From contig JBHGNT010000003.1 of the NCBI GenBank assembly GCA_043228905.1, forward strand, positions 13,826,001 to 13,890,000: a stretch of DNA of 64,000 nucleotides, written 5' to 3'. The notes beneath the pieces were generated by a model. That model saw only the letters and a list, made by a program, of their open reading frames with translations. It was not told where the DNA came from and did not search any database. A program made the translations under genes and the position numbers. Each line of letters begins with the position of its first letter. Position 1 is the stretch's first letter. Of the stretch, positions 49,601 through 61,000 are shown in pieces. Source of the stretch: Azolla caroliniana. Lineage: Eukaryota > Plantae > Polypodiophyta.

Positions 49601-52600
49601 GTGAAAGTGAGTAGTGACTCTCGATGTTCAAGAACTTTACCAATGAATGTTGCAATCAAGTGTGCACATTGTGGTTGTGAGAGGATTTCATGCAAGGATT
49701 GGGCTTGGTCAAAGAGATGTGGAAAGCATGGTCGAATATGATCAAAGGCAGAGCATTGTATCAAAGTGTGATACTCAGACTCGTGAACATGTTTAGGGCT
49801 AAGTGTGCATAGCCGACCACTCTCATCACTTGTGCCCCAACGCCTTGTCTCACATCGCAATGCATGTGAGCTAAGTCGCATGGAAGCAATGGTTCGAATG
49901 GTAGGTAACGGTATGGGCTCTAACATGTATCGATGTGTACGGTTTCCCCGTTCCACAAAGAATATGGTTTTGTTGTTAGGTGCGACATGTGTAGAATAAT
50001 GTGTGAAGCGTGAGCCTATTGTCATGATACATTGACGTTGCAAAAAGGCCTCATTTACAAAGGAATCTAGTGATGCATCATGAAGCAAGTGTCTTGCATC
50101 CCATCTATCAAACCATTTTTCTATATCTTACATCCAACCGGAACACAAAATTTTGCTTTTATGCGTCTTTTGGATCTTTTTTGCTTCCTTCCCATGCAAT
50201 TCTAGGAAGTCGATGTGAGGGACTTTTTTGAACCTTAAGCATGTATTCAACAACCCTTCCCATGGCCAATTGAGTAAGCAGATAACCAAAACTTCCTTAT
50301 TACAGAATGACTCAGTGCTCTGTACATACAGTGCTCACAGAGCACTTTTTATACAAGCCCTCTGACAGGGCTGACATGAAGTATTGATAGGTACTTCAAT
50401 GCTCATTAATTGAGCCTGACACTAATTTGCCTATAATAGGCCTATTTACTAAAATAGGCATGTAGGCTCCCTAACGGCTTGTCGGATTCCATCCGACTTG
50501 ACCAGCTGATTCGGCTTTCGGCTTACTCAGCCGATTCGGGCCTAGCCGATCGACCCATGTCTGATCCAGCTCTCGGCTTATTCAGCGGATTCGGCCCATG
50601 TTGAGCTTGTCCACTCAACATTCTTTATTGATGTACAAGAATTATCTAGCCAAAATAGAGTCACAATTTAGACTAATGACTCCTAGAGTGGCTCTTTCTT
50701 GTAGATGTTACCTGCACCTACGTAGAATATGCGTTTTTTAGAATATTCTAAACATAGAGTATTCTAAAACATATTCTAAACAATGCTTAAAATCCAACTG
50801 AATAACAAGTATTCAGAGGCATAGTTCCAAATTCCTATGCAGGAAATGTATCGAGAAGGAGGTGTGCAACTACAAAGTGAATTACAACAGCATTCAGTAC
50901 GACCTACACAGGTAGCTGCATCACCAATTTGAGACAGATTCATGGCAACTCGTTTGTTATTTAACTGTTCCTGATTTTTTTATGGAAAATCTTCTTGCTA
51001 AATGGGTACTTACTGATTGCAGCTGAAAGAAATTCTTAGCAGGTTTGAAAAGATAGAACCTAAACTTGTTCCCTTTTATGATAACGTTGAAAACCAATTC
51101 GGAGCTGATTCCAAAGTACATCCACATCTAGGAAACCGTCGAAGCACTCCAAAAACCAAAGCTTTTAGCTCCGACAGCAATTCACATGGAGGTCAGTTAA
51201 TTTGCTGAATAAGTTTTTTCAAAGACTTGTTCACAATCTGTAATGTGTAACCTTGCACATTCCTACCTAAGGGATGAAATATCTATCCCCTCCCCTCAAC
51301 CCCATCCATATAATCATTCAAAGTATGATATAATCTCAAATGTGAGCTATTGTGTCCAAGTCCCATGAATTTGCAGCTGCATCCATGCAAGCAAATCGCC
51401 CAAAGAACTTGCTGAAATTCTGTGGAGGGTAACATGTTTGTGAGTGATGCATGCAGGTAAATGCATGTTATTTAAAGTATTAAGGTTAAATGGCAAGAAT
51501 ACTGGAGGTATCCAATCGTCAATATACTAGGGACATCTTCTGCTACTTGAATGGAGGAACTTCCTTTTAAATTAATTTCTGCATTTTTCAATACTAATCT
51601 CAACATATTAAAGGCATATCACAGTAGTCATATTCTGTCTTTTTATCTTTTTTTTGTAGCGTCATCCTAATTCTGCTGCTCTAGCCATATTGATTTCATG
51701 TAGTTCCTATTTATTTTGGGTCTTCCATGGGATTGTTCAAGCTCTTTGGGAAGGAATTATGCCTCTATGTAGAGTGATGGAGTACAATAATCAAAGATAT
51801 AGAGAGAGCCTCTTGAGGGAGAGGATGCACACACTAATCCACCTAAGCAGCGCCTTGACAGATTTTTTCTGTATTGGTACTACTAGGATGCTCCACATGG
51901 TGTGTACAAGCGAACGTCTTGGCCAAAGTGGAAGAATCAAGAGAATTAAAGTCATTTCTCTTTGTTGTGGACAGTGCCGTCACAGGGACTAACTGGGACC
52001 ATGATTTCAATGTGCATATTCTTCAAAGCCACCATTATATGATTCCCTGCTTGTCTTACTGAACTTTCCATTTCGGATCACCCCATGATGGATATTGTCA
52101 GAGAGCCACAATTTCAGCATTAATGGTCAGGCAGCAAACGTGATTAATGATTACATTTGAAACTTTTTGGCTTTATAAAGCTAGAATAGAAATATGTTTT
52201 TCTTTCGTGACTTACATTGAATGGTTGGCATAAAGAATTGTAATCTTTAGTGACATAAAATATCTTTCTTTCTTTATATTCTCTGATACCATATGACACT
52301 ATTCTTTCTTCAATCTTGATATATAATTTTATCATCTCAAAATTTGATTCAAATCTAGAAACCACTGCATAATCCAGCATTGATAATGTGTATCTTAGAA
52401 ATGTATATAATTGTTGCATCAGTTTTGTAGGAAGAAGATAAATTTGAGCCTATTGGTGTAGAATGTTTTAATTGCTCCTTTACATCCTTAATTTTGTTTA
52501 TATATATGGGATGTTGGTTAGCTAAAAGAACTGGAGTTTTTGTTTGAAGGTGAGGGCGACACATCAGACAAACCTGTGGAACCTGTTCGAGTTTGTTCTG

Positions 52601-55051
52601 AAAAGGAATTGACCAAAGAGATGGAAAACATTTCTGCTATGCTTTCATCAGAGCAAGAATGGCTAGTAAGGATGGCTGCTATGCAAAGAATAGAAGGCCT
52701 TACAGCTGGAGGTCAGTTTCTCATGTTGGAATTCCTATGGATTGTTGTGACGTCTTGTTCTTTATTGGTTTCTTTCATTGTGTATAGGTGCGCCTGAATA
52801 TGCTTGCTTTCCTTCACTTCTCAAGCAATTAGTAGGTCCACTAAATCTTCAACTTGCTGACCGAAGATCAAGCATTGTGAAGCAGGTCTGTGCTGCATAG
52901 TGCTTCCTAAAGTTTTAATGGAGAGCTTAATTACATTGTCTATAATCTCAAGCTCCAAGAATAGTATGCCATATATAATTCATAATCTATTATAGATTAT
53001 CTCATGGTCATAATATTACTAAAATAGGATAGTATGTAATCTATGATCATACGAACCCAAAAAAACGACAACACTGGTAGCTGATTCACATTTCAAGTGG
53101 AAGGCTAATCCTATGAAAGCATGCATTGAACTGTGACTAGTAAAGCTGTTTTCTTGTGTTTGCAATACTTCATACAACGAAGATTCTTGTATTTTTTTTA
53201 AAGCTCTGTAACAGAAGTTAAGCGACTTGATAGCCTAATTTGGATCTTGTCCTAAAATACCTGGACATATGAAGATCATTAAATATAGTTGCAGATGTAT
53301 GCTTTTGTAGAGCCTATATTTGGTTATTTAGGTGACTATTCAACTTCTTAATACTTTCATAGATAAGTGACAGATTTGGCAGCTCTAAAAGCCAAAGTAC
53401 TTATGACAGATTCAACTTGTTATGAATTGTTTTCATCTATTTGTAGGGCCAGCCTCCAAGTTATTTTACTTATTTGCTATAGACTTCCTCTTCCTCTTTC
53501 TCGACCTTCAAATGTTGTGTGATTCACGGGTATGGCCACTATAATGCTATATTTTTACATGTCACAGGATGTATTTATCATCAGACTCAAAAAAATTACG
53601 ATTCTGCTTGGTAGGAGGATGACCTACTATAAGGTTCTATTTGTACACTTTCCACGGGATGGGTTTACTATTTATTCGATGAATACACATGACAGAGGAT
53701 AGGTGATGCACCTTGGATATATGGATATTCATCTGTCTCTTGGATAGAGATGCACCATTGGATTCATCCTCACGTCCTTTGGAGATGGAGATAAGTAGGT
53801 ATAAAGATGTACCTCCCAAGCAGAGGACATCTGTTATGCCATACAGAACTGGAGTCCGAGAAAGAAAGAAGAAAGATATATAAAGGTCTTTTAAGAAACC
53901 AAAATGGCCTATAAGACCAAACAAGAGGTTACATCTTTAGTGTTGTCTCATTGTTGAGAACAAATCAAAATAAAATAAATGTTACTAAGTAAACATAAAA
54001 GTAAATAAAGAATCTTGTTATCGGCACATGTAAGATTCTCAAGTCATATATATTAAGGTCTTTTAAAGGCCAAAATGGCCTATAAGACCAAACACGGAAT
54101 TTCATCTGAAGTGTTGTCTTTGAAAGACCGTTAACATAGGTTGATCTAGAATGGAGAGGTCTCTGAAGCAAGGGGAGCACTTGCGATGGCGGGAGATAAT
54201 GACCTTTATTTGTCAATGACAAGGGTGGTGAGATCGTGGTCCATGGGGCCGGGGCATATGTGCACGACAAATTGCTATTGCCCGACCTATTGTAATCCCT
54301 TTGTTATGTGCTGGTTGGGAGCCCATTTGTGTAGCCCTTGATTGACTTCTAGCATTTGTGTGATGGGGAAAAAGAAAGTTGTGATTGTTCTTTGTGGATG
54401 AGCTTGTGCGGCTGTACTGTTGTCCTTCAACAACTTTTTCCTATGTCTCTTGAGTTCCAGCAAGAAAAGTCATAGGCACTGTTGGTCCTCATATTCCATT
54501 ACCTTGCATAGTGGGCCAAGACCTTGTTTAAAGAGGCAATGGTGTCTCCTTATTTCATAAGACCTCCCTCTTATTTCATAAGACACTACAGTGGCAAACA
54601 TAGTGTTCGTTGGATTCCACTCCTTGATGGCACAATTGGCAAATTATTTCTTCTAGAGGTATTCATGCATATCTACCTACCTCAATCTCTAACTGATGTG
54701 ATGAAGTTTGCAGCTTCTCTATCACACTGCGCAACACATAGGATAGATGTATGTCAAGATGACTTGATTCGAGTATGCTGCCACATTGCTTATTGAGAGA
54801 TCTGAGTATGTTTTCACTACCTTTTTTGTGAGGGATTTGAACCATTTTGCTAAGTCATGGGCTTCTTTGATCAAAGTCCTTTGGACCGTTTCTACTAGAG
54901 ATACGTAGTGAGTCTCTCCTAAAGAGTAGCCTCTTGACAGGACCTTAGAAGATGTGGTTTATCACATTGAAGATGAAGCTTGCATTGGATGATTACTGTT
55001 AGAGATTATTTCTAATGTAAGCTTAAGACAAGGAATAGATGATAGATAGTA

Positions 55052-55085
<34 letters not shown>

Positions 55086-58000
55086 TATTAACGTCTTTTA
55101 AGAGGCCAAAATGGCCTATAAGACCAAATAAGAGATTACATCTTAAGTGTTGTCTCGTCTTTGAGAACAAATCAAAATAAAATAAATATTACACAGTAAA
55201 TATAAAAGTAAATAAGATGAAAAGAAAAGAAACGAGGGAATCTGGTTTTTGGCACATGTGAGATTCTCAAGTTAGGTATATTGTAGCTTTTGTCTTCGAA
55301 AGAAAGAAAGATGTATTAACGTCTTTTAAGAGGCCAAAATGGCCTATAAGACCAAATAAGAGATTACATCTTAAGTGTTGTCTCGTCTTTGAGAACAAAT
55401 CAAAATAAAATAAATATTACACAGTAAATATAAAAGTAAATAACATGAAAAGAAAAGAAATAAGCGAACCTGGTTTTTGGCACATGTGAGATCCTCAAGT
55501 TAGGTATATTGTAGCTTTTGTCTTCGAAAGATCTCTAGCATAGGTCTATCCAGAATGGAAATGTCTCCAAAGTGAGGGAAGCACCTACGATGGTGGGAGA
55601 TAATGGCTTTTATCTATCGATGACAAGGGTATCGAGGTCGTGGTCCATGGGTACGAGGCCTACGTGCACAGCAAATTGCCATTGCCTGATCAAATGTAAC
55701 CCCTTTGTTATGTCCTGGTCTGAAGCCCATTTGTGTATCCCGGGGTTGACTTCTAGCATTAGGAGTGATGGGGCTAAAGAAAGTTGTGATTGTTCTTTGT
55801 GGATGAGCTTGTGTGGCTGTATTCTTCAACAACTTTTCCCTATGTCTCTTGAGCTCTAGCAAGAAAAGTCCTAGGCATCGTTGGTCCTCGTATTCCATTA
55901 CCTTGCGTAGTGGGCCAAAGCCTTGTTTAAAGAGGCAATGGTATCTCCCTCTGATTTCATAAAAGACACTACAATGACAAACATAGTGTTCTTCAGATTC
56001 CACTCCTTGATGACACAATTGGCAAATTCTCTCTTCTAGAGGTAGTCGTGTATATCTGCCTACCTCAATTTGTAGCTGATGTGATGAAGTTCGTGGTTGC
56101 TCTATCACACTACGCAATGCATAGGATAGATGTATGTCCATATAAGGTGGCATGATGACAAATCCATCCTCCGATGTATGTAAGAAGTGTGTCTTATAGT
56201 GGGCCATCCTTGTACCAAGTGGTATTTTGGGGCTGATCCATATTATCTTGTTTTCTAAGTTAATAATATCAGTTCAGATCACTCTATTCTTTTCCACTTT
56301 GGTCATATTTAGATGGGGACAGTCCAAGCTATATTGGAACGGGGGTAGTGCATTTATATTCGTGCCATGTGACTCGAACCATTGCTGCATTTCAGCATAC
56401 CAACAATGAGTGTCTCCATTTTCAGCTAGTTGTTTTGATGGCATAAGTGCCAACCTTGGGTACCTTCGTTTAGTGAGCTCCCAAAGACGTTGGATAAATG
56501 TCACTGATCGGAACAACGCCTTGGTTATTATAGGTGCCGCTCCCATCTCTGCCCGGATTATATCGTGGGGCACCGATGCTTTGCTCCTTATCATGCGAGC
56601 AATCATTGACACTAAAGGTCTCTCTAAATCTTTCCAATGATTTGCCTTGTTAAGATTTGGTCCCCATGTCTCTACTCCATAGAGAAGAGTTGGCGTGACA
56701 AGTGTATCAAATAACCATAGCTTAGTCCGTGGCTCTTGGAACTGTAAATATGCACATTGTCTCTCGAGAGCACCAAGGGCTGCATATGCACAAGAAAGTA
56801 GGGCACAAGCGGCCTCCTATAAGGAGAACCTAGGTCCTGTAAATGTTACTCCTAGGTATATATGTAGGAGCGTGTGTATTCCACCTTTTCCTCTCCCAAG
56901 AAGAATTCTAGTTCTGATCTTGTTACCCATGCTTGGGTGGTGTTAAACACCATCGCTTTAGTTTTATTCATGTTGATTGACAAACCTTTGTCCGTACAAA
57001 ATAGTTTTAAGGCATTTAGATGTCTTTGTAGTCCCTCCGGAGAGTCAGAAATCAACACAATATCATCAGCATATAGTAATATTTGTATAGCTATACCTGC
57101 TAGGTATGCTCTGGAACCCCCAAATCTCTCTATGTACTGTGATACCTCATCTATATAGAGACCGAAGAGTGTGGGGGATAGTGGGCATCCTTGCTTCACG
57201 CCAATTGTGCTAGCCACCGCCTTTGACAAGCCCTTAGAAGACCGCACTTTTCCTAACACAGATTCATAGAGTGCATAGATTTCCCATTGCATATCTATAG
57301 GAACACCAAGGGCCTCTAGCCGCTGCATAAGCTGAGCACGTGGCACTATGTCAAAGGCTTTTTGGAAATCCACAAAGCAACAATAAATCCTCTTATCGTC
57401 GGCTCTGCCCTCCTCAATAAGGGCCCGGAGGGTGAATATGTGATCCAAAGTTGTGAACCCCTTCCGAAAGCCTGCTTGTCCAATTGAACTCCCAAAGTTC
57501 TTCAAGGGGTGCGAAAGGATCCAAATCTAGCATGCCATTGTATACACCACAACAATACACATCAATTGTCTCGCGAGTGAATAGATACTTAGCCAACCCA
57601 CTCTCCTTAGCATATACATCCTTTGTGCATCCATCCTTTACCTCAAAGCGTAGATATGCATGATTAGTTGCCAAGCTAATAGGTCTTCCCGATATAGTGA
57701 ACACTTTTATTTCAGGTATAAGAGATGGAGATCCCATTAGATAATCGATTGTGCTTGCACCCCCTTTTGGGTTCCAACATGTCAAAGCATCTGATCCAGG
57801 CCATTGTGACAAGCCATTATATATCACAAATCCATGCGCGCTTCCCAAGGCTAGAAAGTGTTTTCCATATTCAGTTATAGCACTCATATCTTAAACTTGT
57901 CGCATAGAAGATGAAGCTTGCATTGGAGGATTACTATTATAGATTATTTCTAATGTAAGCATAAGATGAGGAAATAGATGATAGATAGTAAAGAGAATGA

Positions 58001-61000
58001 GAGAGAAAGAAGGGTGCCAATGCACCCGACCACCCCAAACGAAGGGATTGAGACAGACCCGACCCTTGAACGGTATGCCATACCACCACAATGCTATCAA
58101 GTCATACCTAGTACTGGTGTGCACTCGCCACAATAGTTTGTTCACCACACAATCAAAGTCTCTATGTCGTTGAATAATGTGTCTAATGAGGATAGCTAGG
58201 CCTCATATTTATAGCTAGACCTAAGGCCCACATGCATATTCACACCTGGCCTCTTTATGGGTTATCTCAATTCCTAGGATTAAAAGGTGTCCTCTCTTCT
58301 TTACACTCTCGATTAACCTTCACACTTTTATCCTTGTGTGTAGAATATTATTGTACAAACTACCACTGGATAAATTATGGTTATGCACGTAACATACTGC
58401 TCTCTTGAAAACATTGCACTCTTGCAATGAAAAGTTAGGGAAGTTAGTTTTAATGGTGTTTTCTCATTCCCATGGAACATCTTTAATGGTTTCATCAAGT
58501 AGTTCTTGTTCAAAGTAAGATAAATAATTTGTGAGACTATTGATATAATAAATGTGAATTTCCGAATCAACTAGACAATAAAATAAAGTAGAACAAGACA
58601 AGTCGGATACCAATGGAGAGGAAACAATTGAAGGAGATTGTTTTTTAACACATTGAATAAAATGGGTATAATTGTTTAGTGTAAACATTATTGAATGGTG
58701 AACCCAATCAATAGATAAAGAACAATTTTTCTTAAGGAACTAGGGATAACCCCGTATCCATCGGTGATATGAAGATTCATTACATGGAAATCTACTTTTT
58801 CTACAAAAGTATTATTTTGCTCTTCCATCACCCAAGTGCACCTTCTAGGTGTAATCACTTTTGGAGGGTTGGATTCACAATATTTGAACCGAATGATCAT
58901 TCATGAAATTATGTGAGATCTATTTATATACCCGTTTGCACATAGTAAACCATTGGGTCCCAATATATGGTGAGGGAAAGAGCATTTACATTTACTTAAA
59001 TGATGTGCATAGACCTCAAGGACTTTAAGAAATTGAGCTTTATGGTTAGCTACTTTGTTTTTATTGTCGTGCTCTTTGCGTTGGAGCTTTCGACATTGCT
59101 CTTTTGTGTGACCCTTCTTTTTGCAAAACTCACAAAAAGGATTTTGTCACTTGAAATCACAATCCAGAAATTCCTTGGGTGTCATGCGTTTCCTAGCGAA
59201 TTGCGACTGCTGTGATGGCCACCATGAGATGGCTAGGCTTGAACTTGTGACCTGTGTACATACGTCAAGGACTTAACCATTAAGCTATCTTATATACATA
59301 TTTATTACATTGTAACATAATATCATAATTGGTAGAACCCTAGAACATTCTAGAACTTCACGGAACATTCTAGAAAACCCTAGAATGAAGCCACCTATAA
59401 AATGAAGCCACCTCACTCTTGTCGAACCATTCCAGTTGAAATTGTTAGAACTAAAACAAGTTAGCAATAGAAAGAGCAAAAGAAAGAGTGATTGATGAAC
59501 GGATAGATGAGATAGCGGTGGATAGAGTGAGCAAGAGAGAATGAGAGTAACTATGAAAGGAAATATGTATTCAGATAAAGAGATACAAGAGAGAGCTTAC
59601 TTGGAGAACTCGGGAACCTGCTGAGAATTTAGCCAATGCTTCAGATGTGGTCAAAGAAATTCATCGTCAATACCCCAACAAACATAGTTCTAACCATGAC
59701 GACTTTTACGAGTCGTCATTTTAGGAGGGGGAAGTGTGATGGCTATGCTTGAACATGTGACCAATGTGTACATATGTCAAGGACTTAACCATTAAGTACT
59801 CATATAGATATTTCTTACACTGTAACATAATATCATATTTGTAAAACCCTAGAACATTCTAGAACTAGAACTTTCGAGAACATTTTAGATACCATAGAAT
59901 GCTCCATGATCCACTATATAATGAAGCTCACTCACTCTTGTCAAACCATTCTGGTTCAACACCAATCCCAAGTCCTCCAAGTAAGCTCTCCCTTGTATCT
60001 CTTTATCTTAATACATATTTCCTGTCATAGCTACTCTCTCTCATTCTCTTGCTCACTCTATCCACTGCTATCTTGTCTCTTCGTTCATCCATCACTCTTT
60101 TTTGCACTCTTTCTACTTTTATATTGTCTCAATTCTGACAACTGCTTATTTCCAGGTGCTTCAAGTTTATTATGGTACTTCTTTGAGTGCGTTGATATGG
60201 AGAACAATTTCAACGGCCTCTTCGAAAAATTTTGGATCCTTATCATGCACTATCCAATGATAGTCCAAATTCGGGATGTCATTGACAAAACAAGCAATTA
60301 ACCAATTGTCCCCTTCAAGACCCGAGTTTTGAATTTGGGTTCTAGCATGGTGAACATAATCCCCGAGTTTTGAATTTCCAGCTAGAGAGGTTTTAGTGCT
60401 TGTGCCGCCTCAGTATGGTGGAGGTTGTAGAAATTGACCCTCGAAAACTGTGACAAAATATGTCCAAACCCTTGATATCAAAGATATACTATGTTTGATA
60501 TTAAGTTCAATCAAGAGGAAGAAACCTACAGCATTATAGTTGCTCATAGTTATTTCAGCCGTGTGATCTTCCAATATGCTAGATTCAACAATTCTCATTC
60601 TATACACTTCTTTTTAGCTGATTGGCCCATAGTAGGCATCTGGTTCACCCCTCTGGATATCAGCACCATGACATTCAACTTGAATGGTTTTAACTTCAAG
60701 CAATCTGTGTTGATTGCCAAGGTTGTGTGTTTGTGGGGTGGGAAGAGACGTTCATACTCAGCTACCAAATTTGTTCTATATACAGTTGGTGCTTCCATTT
60801 TCCTTTTATTAGCTGCATTATCTACAGATTTCTATGGAATGGAGACACCCTCCTTCGACATTCAGGCCTCGTCTCGTAAGGAAAGTGGAGATAACGAAAG
60901 TTTGTTACTATTTTAAACCCCTCCACTTAAAATTTTATCTTACTGAATGAACCTCTTTTATTTATAAGGTTATTGTGAATAAAAGTATCCATAGTATCTA

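Noticed and set aside
57995-59210. Short ORFs in CLASP intron 7
   Set aside because: No recognisable motifs, and exon 7 joins exon 8 in phase without them.
60491-60916. Functional psbA gene
   Set aside because: Short internal fragment with many substitutions in conserved D1 residues, fused to ndhD.
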